64,000 nt of DNA. Origin: Gemmatimonadales bacterium (GTDB taxonomy: Bacteria; Gemmatimonadota; Gemmatimonadetes; Gemmatimonadales; Gemmatimonadaceae). The position numbers and the translations under genes were made by a program. The notes under the pieces were generated by a model that did no database searches, had not been told where the DNA came from, and was given only the letters and a program-made list of their open reading frames with translations. How positions within the stretch are numbered: position 1 is the stretch's first letter; every line of letters starts with the position of its first letter. The DNA is taken from positions 1,385-65,384 of the forward strand of contig JBBQHJ010000003.1 in the NCBI GenBank assembly GCA_038323865.1, in the 5' to 3' direction. Of the stretch, positions 28,121-37,901 are shown piece after piece.

Positions 28121-29161
28121 ATGCGGATTGTAGTCTTGATGGGCGGAACGTCATCGGAGCGGGATGTCTCGCTCGCGTCAGGGCTGCGCATTGCCGAGGC
28201 GTTGCGGACGCGCGGCCATGCGGTTGCGAGCGTGGATACCGCCAAGGGTCCGCTGACCGAAGCGGACGAACAGCGCATGCTGCAGGGCGGCGTTGTGAAA
28301 ACCAATCCGCCGACTCCGGAGGAGCTGGCGCGAATGTCCGCGGAGTCCGTTGCAGAGACGGCAAGCCGGCTCCCGACGCGGGGCTCATGTGACGTCGCAT
28401 TTCTGGCACTGCACGGCGGGCGTGGAGAGGACGGAACCATACAAGCCATGCTAGACCTTGCCGGCGTGCCGTACACTGGCAGCGGGCATCTCGCGAGCGC
28501 GCTGGCAATGGACAAGGATCTCGCGAAGCACCTGATGCGTGCGCAGGGTGTGCGGACGGCGGACTGGGAGATGGTTCGCGCAGGTGATGCGCTGCCTGCA
28601 GCGGCCGATGTGATCAGCGCGCTGGGGCTGCCGTTGATCGTCAAGCCATCGAAGCAGGGTTCAACCGTCGGCCTCTCCATTGTGAAGCAGGCGCACGAGC
28701 TCGAACCCGCCATTCGCGAAGCCTTCCACCACGACGACGAAGTCATGCTCGAACAGTTCATTGCCGGCCGAGAGCTGACGGTGAGCATTCTCGGCGGTGA
28801 AGCGCTGCCGGTGGGAGAGATTGTCGCGAAGAAAGAGATCTACGATTACGAGTGCAAATACACGCCGGGGATGGCGGTTGAGACATTTCCTGCCGACCTT
28901 AGCGCAGAGGAAACACGCGCGGTGCAGGAGCAGGCAAAGCGCGCATTCGCGGCGTTGAAGTTGTCAGGGTGCGCGCGCGTCGACTTCAGGATGAATGCAT
29001 CCGGCGAGTTCTATTGCCTCGAGGCGAATACGCTTCCCGGCATGACGGGCACGAGTCTCGTTCCACAGGCAGCAGCGGCAGCACACATCAAATTTCCCGA
29101 GCTCTGCGAGCGCATCGCATTGCTGGCACTTGAACCATCGCAGCAGGGGAACGCACCATGA
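28121..29161 (+). CDS. ddl: D-alanine--D-alanine ligase
   Basis: MRIVVLMGGTSSERDVSLASG..., ATP-grasp motifs, and the C-terminal ANTLPGMT. Confidence 0.92.
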   Translation: MRIVVLMGGTSSERDVSLASGLRIAEALRTRGHAVASVDTAKGPLTEADEQRMLQGGVVKTNPPTPEELARMSAESVAETASRLPTRGSCDVAFLALHGGRGEDGTIQAMLDLAGVPYTGSGHLASALAMDKDLAKHLMRAQGVRTADWEMVRAGDALPAAADVISALGLPLIVKPSKQGSTVGLSIVKQAHELEPAIREAFHHDDEVMLEQFIAGRELTVSILGGEALPVGEIVAKKEIYDYECKYTPGMAVETFPADLSAEETRAVQEQAKRAFAALKLSGCARVDFRMNASGEFYCLEANTLPGMTGTSLVPQAAAAAHIKFPELCERIALLALEPSQQGNAP

Positions 29162-29862
29162 GCACGGCGGGACGATTGCCGAACCTCAGTGCAGCGCTCG
29201 CAGGAACGCGAGCCGCAACGCAGACGGCCGGCCCATGGGGCGGACGGCGGCAGCTGCAGGTTCGTTTCGCCGTTGAAGCGGAGACGGCGCAGATCTACTC
29301 GGCCGAAGCGCTTCGTGGAGAGCTCACGAAGGCATCGGCGCGTTCACGGTATCACTCGATTGCGATTGTCGGGCGTGATGCCTTGGCGGATGTGGATTTT
29401 CTGTGTGCAGCCTTTGGAACGGCGCCCTCGCTTCCCGTGATGCTCGACCACGATGGTCAGCGTCCGACAGAGCTGGAAGGGCTGCTGTCGGCATTGCAGT
29501 TGGTGCAAGTGTCGGTGAATGGGAACGAGACGGGCGGAGCGGTTGACCGGCTGTGCCGCACGATGTCCACGACCGCTGCGCGTGGTGTCCAGCACGCCGT
29601 GGTGATGCTCCCGGCGGAGGGGGTCAGTGACGGTCCGCTTTTGCGAATCGTCGAACAGGTACATCACGCGAGTGGCGAGGCGCAGGTGGTGCTGCATCCA
29701 CCCACGGCGGTGCGTCCAGGGGAAGACGATTCACGTTGGGCGCAGTGGCTGGAGCGAGCGATGTCGGCTCACGGCGACGTTCGTGTCTTGCCGCGTTGGC
29801 CGGTCCCTCCGTCACCGTCGAGCGAGGCGGCACGTGGAACCCGCAACGTGCGTAGTGGTTAG
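29158..29862 (+). CDS. Hypothetical protein; QueE-like layout without radical-SAM cysteines (low-confidence family guess)
   Basis: 234-aa ORF coupled to ddl (ATGA overlap). See the finding for the motif comparison. Confidence 0.6.
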   Translation: MSTAGRLPNLSAALAGTRAATQTAGPWGGRRQLQVRFAVEAETAQIYSAEALRGELTKASARSRYHSIAIVGRDALADVDFLCAAFGTAPSLPVMLDHDGQRPTELEGLLSALQLVQVSVNGNETGGAVDRLCRTMSTTAARGVQHAVVMLPAEGVSDGPLLRIVEQVHHASGEAQVVLHPPTAVRPGEDDSRWAQWLERAMSAHGDVRVLPRWPVPPSPSSEAARGTRNVRSG

Positions 29863-29930
29863 TACGTTGAAGAAGCAGGCACGCACGGTGCGAGCGATCC
29901 ATTCACACTACGGCAGGGTAGCTTCATCAG

Positions 29931-30872
29931 ATGGCGACTTCGCTTCAGTTCGATGAGCATGAGAGCCCCGCGCTAACGCGCGGCGTTCGTGTACTGCTCG
30001 TACTGAACATCGCCGTGTTGTTCCTGCAATGGACGCTGATCAGCGATGCTGACGCGTTCGCCATTCTGGGAGTGCAGGATGGAAGCCTCCAGCGAACGCT
30101 CTGGAGCACGGTCACCTACATGTTCGTGCACTATGGAGCGTGGCATCTCGCGCTGACCATGTTCGCGTTGCTCACCTTCGGTCCTCGTCTCGAGGGGGCT
30201 ATGGGGACGCGCGGCTTTGTGCTCTACTACCTGTGGTGCGGTGTTGGTGGGGCGCTCGCGCACCTGCTTTTTGTGCGCGTTGGGCTGCTGGTGGGTGCGT
30301 CAGCGGCTGTGTTTGGTGTGATGTACGCCTACTGGCAGCAGTGGCCGAGGGATGAGGTCATGCTGTTTGGAGTGTTGCCCGTGCGCGCGTGGACGCTGGT
30401 GCTCGTGATTGTGGTCTGTACGCTGGGCGCGGGCATGCTGGCGGCAGGCGAGGCGACGGCAGGAGGCGCGCGACTCGCATATCTGGCGCATCTGGGTGGC
30501 TTGGCATTCGGATGGCTGTATTTCCGCACGCCACCGGCAACGAGCCTGGATCAGCTCCGGCAGCGCATCTCGCCCGCGCCGGACTATCCGGAGGAGGCGC
30601 CGCCCCGGGCCATTCCGCGCACGCTGCCCCGTTCGCGCGCGCAGCAGCGCGACGAGACGGATGAAATCGTGGCCAAGAGCAAGGCGGTGGCTGCGCAGCA
30701 GCCGAGTCCATCGGTTCGCGCTGCGGGGGCCGGGGTGAAGACGTCGCCAGAGGCACGTCCAACCGAGCTCGACCGTGTGCTGGATAAGATCTCGTCGTCC
30801 GGGCTCGAGAGTCTGACGATGGACGAGCGGGCCGTGCTCGACGAGATGGCGCGGCGGCTACGGGGGGAGTAG
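29931..30872 (+). CDS. Rhomboid-family intramembrane serine protease with a long C-terminal tail
   Basis: Multi-TM protein. Catalytic GASAAVFG (G-x-S-x) and HLGGLAFG (His) motifs. ~120-aa hydrophilic tail. Confidence 0.8.
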   Translation: MATSLQFDEHESPALTRGVRVLLVLNIAVLFLQWTLISDADAFAILGVQDGSLQRTLWSTVTYMFVHYGAWHLALTMFALLTFGPRLEGAMGTRGFVLYYLWCGVGGALAHLLFVRVGLLVGASAAVFGVMYAYWQQWPRDEVMLFGVLPVRAWTLVLVIVVCTLGAGMLAAGEATAGGARLAYLAHLGGLAFGWLYFRTPPATSLDQLRQRISPAPDYPEEAPPRAIPRTLPRSRAQQRDETDEIVAKSKAVAAQQPSPSVRAAGAGVKTSPEARPTELDRVLDKISSSGLESLTMDERAVLDEMARRLRGE

Positions 30873-30891
30873 GCGCCATCTGGAGTCGGAA

Positions 30892-30950
30892 GTGCAGATT
30901 CCTCGACTTCGCTCGGAATGACACCGCTCCGCGCTCCGCTCAGGACGACA
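30892..30950 (+). repeat. Repeat family locus R2: one type-1 unit plus one 5'-truncated type-2 unit
   Basis: GTGCAGATTCCTCGACTTCGCTCGGAATGACAC (30892-30924) followed by CGCTCCGCGCTCCGCTCAGGACGACA (30925-30950). Confidence 0.85.
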
Positions 30951-31123
30951 GCCCGCGCAGGACGTTACCGGGCGCTTGAGCCCAGAAAAGAAAGAGCCCC
31001 CTGGACTTGCCAGGGGGCAGTACCATCAGGCCGTTCTCCCGATGGCAACGGCAGGTCCAGAGGGGACCTGCACGCCGACAATATTCTGCAAAGCCCGTTC
31101 ATGCGCCAGAGTAAATTTCAGAG

Positions 31124-31534
31124 ATGCCACGACCTGATCTGCTGGAAACGTTTCCCAACCCCTATCCGGGCCGGCAATACGAGATTGCCATGGAGTGTCC
31201 GGAATTCACGTCACTTTGTCCGCTTGGTGGGATCGAAAGTGACGCAGAGGAGCTGAAGCAGCTCGAGGGTGGCGCGCCGGACTTTGCGACGATGTACATC
31301 CGCTACGTGCCGGGCGAATCCTGTGTGGAACTCAAGAGTCTCAAGCTCTATCTGTGGAGCTTCCGGAATGACGGAATCTTCTACGAGCGCGCCGTGAATC
31401 GCATTCTCGACGATCTTTCGGCGGTCGTTCATCCTGTGTGGATGGAAGTGGTGGGAGACTTCAACATCCGGGGTGGCATCAAGAGCGTGATTACGGCCCA
31501 TGTAGGCGCGCGGAGTGGCGATCGTAGCCAGTGA
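31124..31534 (+). CDS. queF: NADPH-dependent 7-cyano-7-deazaguanine (preQ0) reductase, type I
   Basis: 136 aa. EFTSLCPLGG (catalytic Cys) and the E-S-x-x-L-K-x-Y-L motif (ESCVELKSLKLYLWSFRN). Confidence 0.9.
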   Translation: MPRPDLLETFPNPYPGRQYEIAMECPEFTSLCPLGGIESDAEELKQLEGGAPDFATMYIRYVPGESCVELKSLKLYLWSFRNDGIFYERAVNRILDDLSAVVHPVWMEVVGDFNIRGGIKSVITAHVGARSGDRSQ

Positions 31535-31705
31535 CGGTGAGGGCGGATGGAGAGGTCTGCCCTCGTTGGGTTGTGAGCCACGCAGCGCCAGAGTCGGAAC
31601 CGGCTGAAACGCGTGACCGCTCGGTGACGGTTTTGTCACTTGCTCCCGGGGGCTTGGACGTTGAGATTACCCGCCCTCTCCTCTCATCACCCAGAGAAAT
31701 CCTTC

Positions 31706-34700
31706 ATGTCGAGAATCCGACCGCTGATCGGCGTCGCCGCTGTTCTAGCGAGCCTTTTGCTGCCTGTTGCAAAGGCAACGGCACAGGCGGTGACGACCGG
31801 AGGCATCACCGGAACGATCGTGGATGCCGATGGAAAGCCGATCGAGTCCGCACAGCTGCAGCTGCGGAACACCCTTACGGGTTACAACGTCGGCGCTGTC
31901 ACACGCGCAAACGGTACTTATCTGATCCAGGGCGTCGAGCCCAATTCCAACTATCGTCTCACGGTGCGTCGCATCGGCTACTCGCCGAGCAACCGAGACG
32001 GCATCACCATCACGCTTGGCCAGACGCGCCGCGAAGACTTCAAGCTGTCGCGCGAAGTGGCGCAGCTCGGCGAAGTCTCGATCACCGCATCCACGACGGA
32101 TGCCGTGATCAACGCATCGAAGACCGGCACGAGCACAACGCTCTCCGATTCTGCACTGCACCGTCTTCCGTCGTTGCAGCGCAACTTCGCGGACTTCGTG
32201 CAGCTCGTTCCGCAGGTGTCCACCACGACCGGCTTCCTGTCGGGCGGTGGTGTGAACCTTCGCCAGAACTCCATCCAGATCGACGGTGCGCAGTCGAGCG
32301 ATCCGTTCGGCCTCGGCACCACGGGCCAGCCGGGTTCCTCGGCGAACGCCAAGTCGATTCCGCTCGACGCGGTGAAGGAGTACCAGGTGCTGCTGTCGCC
32401 GTTCGACGTGCGCCAGGGCAACTTCGGCGGCCTGCTGATCAACGCGGTCACGCGCAGCGGTACGAACGAGTATCACGGCACGTTCTACACCGACACGCGC
32501 ACGCAGAACTTCACGCGTACGGCACCGCAGAACTCTAAGTTCAGCCAGCAGCATTACAGCGGTTCGATTGGTGGTCCGATCATCAAGGACAAGCTGTTCT
32601 TCTTTGGCAGCGGTGAGTATCAGCGCCGTCAGCTCCCAGCAGCCGGCTCGTATGTGGGTGCCTCAGACGCCTACGTGAGCCAGACGCTGGTGAGCCAGAT
32701 CAACGCCGCCGCGGCCGCCTATGGATTGGCTGATGCCGGCACCGGCGATCAGATCCAGAAGCAGAACCCGAACCGCAACGCCTTCGTGCGTCTGGACGCG
32801 TATTTGCCGATGAACACGCGTCTGGTGCTGCGGCACAACTATGCGTCGGCCGACAACACGTCGTTCAGCCGCAGTGATCCGAGCAGCTCGGCCCCGCTCT
32901 TTGCTCTGACGTCGAACAAGTACGAGCTGAGCAACAAGTCGAACAGCTCGGTCGCCGAGTTGCTGACCAACTTCTCAAACGGCACGTACAACGAGATGTT
33001 GTTCAACTACGCCACGATCTCCGACTTCCGCACGGTACCGGTTCGGTTCCCGTCGCTCAGGATCAATGGCGTGCCTCGCTCGGACGATGCGTCCAAGACG
33101 ACGGCATTCATCATGGGCACCGAAGTATCGTCGCAGGGCAACTCGCTCGACCAGCGTACGGTGGAGCTGACGGACAACGTGACATTGCCGATTGGCAGTC
33201 ACGCGGTCACCGTTGGCGGCAAGGGGCTGTGGTATCAGTCGATCAACCTGTTCGGCCAGAACTCATTGGGCTCCTGGACGTTCAGCAGCCTGGCAAACTT
33301 CCAGGCTGGTATCGCGTCGAACTATGTCGTGAGCGCACCGGCGCCGACGGATCTAAACAACGGCCTGGCGACGATCAAGACGGCAACCTACACGGGTTAC
33401 GTCGAAGACAACTGGCAGGTGACGCCGACGCTGTCGTTGAACTACGGCGTACGCTGGGACAAGCCGGTGTTCAACACCACGCCGCCGGACAATGCTACGG
33501 TAGTTGCGCAGTATCGCCGGAATACGAGCAGCGTTCCGCACGAAGCGCAGTTTTCCCCGCGCTTCGGCTTCAACTGGGACGCCACGGGTGACCAGAAGAA
33601 CCAGATTCGCGGTGGTGTCGGCCAGTTCACGGGCCCACCGCCGTTCGTGTATCTCTCGAATGCCTTCGGCAACTCGGGCCTGAGCGGTTTTGCCGCGCTG
33701 GCCTGTACGGGCGTGACGACGGGTGCGACGTCGCTCGCCGTGCCGGCGTTCAACGCCGCCAGCATTGCAACGCCGCCCACGTCCTGCGCTGCAGCGGGAG
33801 CCAAGGCTGGTGCAACGCTGGCACTCGGCGCGGCCGTCAACACGATCGACCCAGCGTTCAAGATGCCGAAGTACAACAAGGCGACGCTCGGTTACGATCA
33901 TCGCTGGCCGAGCGGCATCATCAGCACGATCGAAGGTCTGTACACGCGGTCGAGCAACAATGCGATCTACCAGAACCTCGCATTGTTCGACTCTGCAACG
34001 CAGAGCCTCGTCTCGCTGGGAAAGGATTCGCACGGCCGCTACCTGTACGGCAACTACACGGCAACGGGCGCAACGCCGAAGACGTATGGCACGCGTACGC
34101 AGGTGCTCGACCTGACAAACTCCTCAGGCGATTACACCTGGAGCGTCACCGGCCAGTTGCAGAAGTCGTTTACGGATCGTTTCGAGGGCTCGGTGGCCTA
34201 CACGCACCAGGTGTCTGTGGATGTCGTGTCGGTTACGAGCAGCACAGCGGGGTCAAACTTCCGCTATCAGCGTGACGTCTCGGGCGATCTCGCCGACTTC
34301 GGTGCAACCAAGTCGAAGTACGACCAGCCGCACCGTATCGTGGCAACGGGCACGTATCGCCTGCCCACAGCGACGGACATTTCGTTCATCTATCAGGGCA
34401 ACTCCGGAGCGCCGTTCGACTTTGTGTACGGCTCCGGCGGCGGCACCTCGGGTGACCTGAATGGTGACGGTCAGTCGCAGAACGACCTGCTTTACATTCC
34501 GACGAACGCGACGAACCAGAGCGAGATTCTGTTCGCAGGCTACAACGGAACGTCTGCGGCGCAGGCCACGGCGGCCACGCAGGCCGCGGCGTTCGAGAGC
34601 TTGATTGGCAGCACGCCGTGCTTGAACTCGCAGCGTGGCCGCATCATGACGCGCAACTCCTGCCGCAATCCGTGGTCCAACCAAGTCGACCTGTCGCTCG

Positions 34701-35014
34701 CGCAGTCGCTTGGAAAGCTTGGCCCGAAGCAGCTCCAGAACCTGCAGATGCGCCTGGACGTGATCAACTTCGGCAACCTGCTCAACAAGAACTGGGGCCG
34801 TCAGGCGTTCTCGGATCAGAACAGCACCTGCGGCCAGATCTGCAGCGCAACCGTTGTGCTGACGCACACGGGCTTCGCGGCACCGACGGGCACCACGTTG
34901 AGCAACGCGAATGCGACTCCCATCGTGACGTACAATCCGGCCTACGTTCTGTACAACACCAACAACATCGGTTCGCTGTACACCATGCAGCTCTCGATGC
35001 GCTACAGCTTCTAA
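31706..35014 (+). CDS. TonB-dependent receptor, Oar-like (CarboxypepD_reg N-domain)
   Basis: Signal peptide ...ATAQA. GITGTIVDADGKPIESAQLQL...GTYLIQGVEPNSNYRLTVRRIGY, then a plug and a ~900-aa barrel ending LSMRYSF. Start at ATG 31706. Confidence 0.85.
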   Translation: MSRIRPLIGVAAVLASLLLPVAKATAQAVTTGGITGTIVDADGKPIESAQLQLRNTLTGYNVGAVTRANGTYLIQGVEPNSNYRLTVRRIGYSPSNRDGITITLGQTRREDFKLSREVAQLGEVSITASTTDAVINASKTGTSTTLSDSALHRLPSLQRNFADFVQLVPQVSTTTGFLSGGGVNLRQNSIQIDGAQSSDPFGLGTTGQPGSSANAKSIPLDAVKEYQVLLSPFDVRQGNFGGLLINAVTRSGTNEYHGTFYTDTRTQNFTRTAPQNSKFSQQHYSGSIGGPIIKDKLFFFGSGEYQRRQLPAAGSYVGASDAYVSQTLVSQINAAAAAYGLADAGTGDQIQKQNPNRNAFVRLDAYLPMNTRLVLRHNYASADNTSFSRSDPSSSAPLFALTSNKYELSNKSNSSVAELLTNFSNGTYNEMLFNYATISDFRTVPVRFPSLRINGVPRSDDASKTTAFIMGTEVSSQGNSLDQRTVELTDNVTLPIGSHAVTVGGKGLWYQSINLFGQNSLGSWTFSSLANFQAGIASNYVVSAPAPTDLNNGLATIKTATYTGYVEDNWQVTPTLSLNYGVRWDKPVFNTTPPDNATVVAQYRRNTSSVPHEAQFSPRFGFNWDATGDQKNQIRGGVGQFTGPPPFVYLSNAFGNSGLSGFAALACTGVTTGATSLAVPAFNAASIATPPTSCAAAGAKAGATLALGAAVNTIDPAFKMPKYNKATLGYDHRWPSGIISTIEGLYTRSSNNAIYQNLALFDSATQSLVSLGKDSHGRYLYGNYTATGATPKTYGTRTQVLDLTNSSGDYTWSVTGQLQKSFTDRFEGSVAYTHQVSVDVVSVTSSTAGSNFRYQRDVSGDLADFGATKSKYDQPHRIVATGTYRLPTATDISFIYQGNSGAPFDFVYGSGGGTSGDLNGDGQSQNDLLYIPTNATNQSEILFAGYNGTSAAQATAATQAAAFESLIGSTPCLNSQRGRIMTRNSCRNPWSNQVDLSLAQSLGKLGPKQLQNLQMRLDVINFGNLLNKNWGRQAFSDQNSTCGQICSATVVLTHTGFAAPTGTTLSNANATPIVTYNPAYVLYNTNNIGSLYTMQLSMRYSF

Positions 35015-35050
35015 CTGCTGTGGCAGTGTGAAGTGATGTGATAGTTACAC

Positions 35051-35084
35051 GCGCCCTCGTGAACTTCGGTTTGCGAGGGCGCTT
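35051..35084 (+). terminator. Hairpin downstream of the TonB-dependent receptor
   Basis: GCGCCCTCG (35051-35059) pairs exactly with CGAGGGCGC (35074-35082), followed by only TT. Confidence 0.4.
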
Positions 35085-35175
35085 GGCAGTTGGCTCTAAC
35101 GCGGTCCGTGAAAAACCACTAGCGTTTTGTACGCAAATTCAGCGACAGTCTGTTTCCCTTCTCACGTTCGATGTC

Positions 35176-35760
35176 ATGCGGTCTTCAATTTTTCATCCTG
35201 CTCTGGTAGTCCTAACATTGGCTGGTGCGCTTACAGCGTGTGCGTCAAACGACCCACTCGACGAAGCGGCATCGCCGGTACAGACGGTGACGCGTACCGA
35301 TGAGCGGCTCAACCAATCGGCGAGTGGCTACACGCGGCGTGGTGAGGATGGGGCGGTCATCACGCGTGTGCTTGCACCGGCGCCGCAGGTGTGGGAGGCG
35401 CTGAAGGCGGCCATGGAAGCGCGCAATGTGAAGTTCACCATTCTTGACCGACCCGCGGGTCGCATGGGCGATACGGCCATGGTGCTCATGCGCAAGTGGG
35501 CAGAGCACCAGGGCTCGTACTACTTCAGTTGCGGGCAAACGCAGACCGGGCAGCGTGCCGATGAGGATCGCCTGCGTGCCGTGTTCCTGGCGCAGCTCAC
35601 GCGGCTGCGCGGGGATACGATTGCCGTTGCGGTGCACCTCTCGGCGTTTGCGATTCCGATTGCTATGGGGAGTAGCGGCGCAACCGCACAGTGTTCGAGC
35701 ACGGGCCGCGGGGAATCGGACGTTTTGGACGAGGTGCGGCGGCGCCTTGGGGCGCGCTGA
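35176..35760 (+). CDS. Hypothetical lipoprotein
   Basis: MRSSIFHPALVVLTLAGALTAC has a lipobox. No recognisable domain. Confidence 0.6.
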   Translation: MRSSIFHPALVVLTLAGALTACASNDPLDEAASPVQTVTRTDERLNQSASGYTRRGEDGAVITRVLAPAPQVWEALKAAMEARNVKFTILDRPAGRMGDTAMVLMRKWAEHQGSYYFSCGQTQTGQRADEDRLRAVFLAQLTRLRGDTIAVAVHLSAFAIPIAMGSSGATAQCSSTGRGESDVLDEVRRRLGAR

Positions 35761-35827
35761 CGGGCTGTGGCAGGGGTACAACTGAGGCCTTCTGGTCGCT
35801 AAACTGTTTCACCGTAAGTCGTTGGAC

Positions 35828-35900
<73 letters not shown>

Positions 35901-35939
35901 CTTCCCATAGTGTTGACAGCGAGCGGAATACAAGATGAA

Positions 35940-35966
35940 CGGCCACCAGCGATGGTGGCCGTTTGT
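35940..35966 (+). terminator. Rho-independent terminator after tRNA-Phe
   Basis: CGGCCACC-AGCGA-TGGTGGCCG hairpin followed by TTTGT. Confidence 0.6.
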
Positions 35967-36009
35967 CGTAATTCCTCACCAAGCACGCGCGCAACGCCGC
36001 CGGAATCGC

Positions 36010-37827
36010 TCACTGTGGCCGTATACGCGTATCTAGCGCAGCGGCTCTGCCCAGAAACTTGCGAGCGTGAGCGCTATCGCCGCGCACACGGAACGCCGAC
36101 CCGAGGAGATAGTTGGCGCCGGCATCGTTCGGATCTATGGCGACTGCCTTCTCGAACGCGGCGATCGCTTGCGCGTAGTCGTTGAGGCTCATGTACGCGT
36201 TGCCCAGTGAAACGTAGCCCGCCTCGAAGCGTGGATTGCGCGCGACGATGCTGGAATACCAATGGACGGCCGCAGGAAAATCGCGCTTGTACGTAAATGC
36301 GTCACCGAGGGCCATGTGCGGCTCGGCATACGACGGATAGAGCGCGATGGCGCGACGAAATTCGGCGAGGGCGAGGGAGTAGGTGTCGTTACGCTGGCCT
36401 GCGGGAACGGCGTTCAGCTTCAACTCCTGCAACAGGTGGTTGCCATAGAGGAAATGAACGCGCGCGCTGTTCGGGGAGTGTCTCGAGTCGGCGGCGAAGA
36501 GAGTGGTATCGTTCTCCCAGTCTCGATTGCGCTGCAAGGTCAGCGCAGTGGATGTCATCAACAGCAACGCCAGGACGCTCGCAAACCCCGAGTTGGTGCG
36601 CACCACATTCGCATCGTCAGGCGCCATCAGATCCAAGCGCATTACCCGTGCAAGCATAAAGACAAACACGATACAGAAGCCGAACGACGGTGTGTAGAGG
36701 AAGCGCTCGGCCATGGTGGAGTGGGTGAGGAACAACACGTTCGCCACGAGGGCCATGCTGACGAGGTAGAAGAGAATTCCATAGGCGACCGGATCTCTCT
36801 TGGGAAGACGCATGATGCCATACAGAAGAAGACCTGCATATAGCAGCAACGCCGCCGCAGCGAGCGGATGCTCGAATCCCACGAGCGGGATTTGACGGAA
36901 CGAGTAGTCCGACGACATGGGGTGGGGAAAAAACAGAAGTCGCAGGTACAGGAGGCCGATGTAAAAGGCTGTGGCCTGCCTGTGCATGACGTCGGGCGCC
37001 GCGGTCAGCGAGTTATCGATCAGCGAGATTGCACCGCTGCCAGTCTGGCTCGTTAGAACCATGCCGCGGATGACCAGGTACACCGCTGCGGCGATGCCTA
37101 GCGGCACGATGGCCCGGAGCATGGTCTTCGCATCGGCCCGGCGGAAGGCAAACAGGGTCATCGGCGCGATGAGGAGCAGCGCTATCGGGCTCTCCTTCGA
37201 CATCAACGCGAGGAAAAAGAATACGCCCGCCCAGACGAGATGACGCACCCGCGGTTCGCTCACGAAGCGCACACAGCGCCAGACGGTGAGGATGGAGAAC
37301 AGAAACGCCAGCAATTCGTCACGGCTCTTGATGTTTGCCACCACCTCCGTGTGAATTGGGTGCGCGATCCATAGCAGCGCGATGGAGAAGGGCAGGTAGA
37401 GGCGATACCCGTCGAACAAATCACGGAGCGCGTAAAACAACACGATGCCAGTGAGCGCATACAGCGCGATGTTTACCACATGGCCCAGTGCAGCGGATCC
37501 CGGCGCAAGCTGCCATTCAATGGCGAACATCACCAAGGAGAGCGGGCGATACAGCCAGTCGTTCAAGCCGTCGAAGCCATACCAGTATCCCGTATGCAGC
37601 ATGGCCGGGATGCCCCGTACACCGGCCATCGTAAGCCGATTGCCGTAGATGGTGGGGTAGTCGTCGAGGGCGTACCCGTGACCGGCGGTATTCACGTACA
37701 GCACCAGAGCGAGGCACGCGCAGGCGATGCCCAGCCACCGCTCGCGATCCTTCATGCGCGTCCCTTTCCACTGAGTGTCCTCACGCGCAACAACATTACC
37801 AACGTTTACCGACCCCAGTGCCATCAT
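36010..37827 (-). CDS. Polytopic membrane protein with C-terminal TPR repeats (PMT/GT39- or TMTC-like glycosyltransferase candidate)
   Basis: ~10 hydrophobic segments, then TPR-like repeats (AEFRRAIALYPSYAEPHMALGDAF..., AIAAFEKAVAIDPNDAGANYLLG). The start may be ATG 37755. Confidence 0.65.
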   Translation of the reverse strand: MMALGSVNVGNVVAREDTQWKGTRMKDRERWLGIACACLALVLYVNTAGHGYALDDYPTIYGNRLTMAGVRGIPAMLHTGYWYGFDGLNDWLYRPLSLVMFAIEWQLAPGSAALGHVVNIALYALTGIVLFYALRDLFDGYRLYLPFSIALLWIAHPIHTEVVANIKSRDELLAFLFSILTVWRCVRFVSEPRVRHLVWAGVFFFLALMSKESPIALLLIAPMTLFAFRRADAKTMLRAIVPLGIAAAVYLVIRGMVLTSQTGSGAISLIDNSLTAAPDVMHRQATAFYIGLLYLRLLFFPHPMSSDYSFRQIPLVGFEHPLAAAALLLYAGLLLYGIMRLPKRDPVAYGILFYLVSMALVANVLFLTHSTMAERFLYTPSFGFCIVFVFMLARVMRLDLMAPDDANVVRTNSGFASVLALLLMTSTALTLQRNRDWENDTTLFAADSRHSPNSARVHFLYGNHLLQELKLNAVPAGQRNDTYSLALAEFRRAIALYPSYAEPHMALGDAFTYKRDFPAAVHWYSSIVARNPRFEAGYVSLGNAYMSLNDYAQAIAAFEKAVAIDPNDAGANYLLGSAFRVRGDSAHARKFLGRAAALDTRIRPQ

Positions 37828-37901
37828 GCCCTCTTGCGCAGCAGCGGTGACAGTGTGTATCGCTCTATCGTCCTCACGATAGCCTGTTTACCGGAGATTC
37901 A

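Noticed and set aside
28008-28788. Long minus-strand ORFs (286 aa and 166 aa) overlapping ddl. Similar long out-of-frame or antisense ORFs occur at 31531-32538, 31745-32554, 33353-34033, 34253-34867, 54568-55278, 56448-57320, 59618-60382 and 61738-62532.
   Set aside because: Their translations are Arg/Ala/Pro/Ser-rich and low in complexity, with no motifs. They overlap genes with clear family signatures. These are typical shadow ORFs of high-GC coding DNA.
30951-31123. A preQ1 riboswitch upstream of queF. There are hairpins at 31024-31046 and 31052-31070.
   Set aside because: There is no A-rich tail or CUA pseudoknot signature of preQ1-I, and no resemblance to classes II or III that I can support.
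31535-31705. A possible cobalamin or other riboswitch in the 171-nt leader of the TonB-dependent receptor. The leader has a long-range 8-bp helix (31539-46 / 31671-78), a GGAGAGGTCTGCC string vaguely like a B12 box, and a GTGAC...GTCAC hairpin.
   Set aside because: The core cobalamin motifs (GCCACTG, GGGAAGGC, a properly placed B12 box) are absent and the receptor is Oar-like, not BtuB-like. The helix alone is not sufficient evidence.
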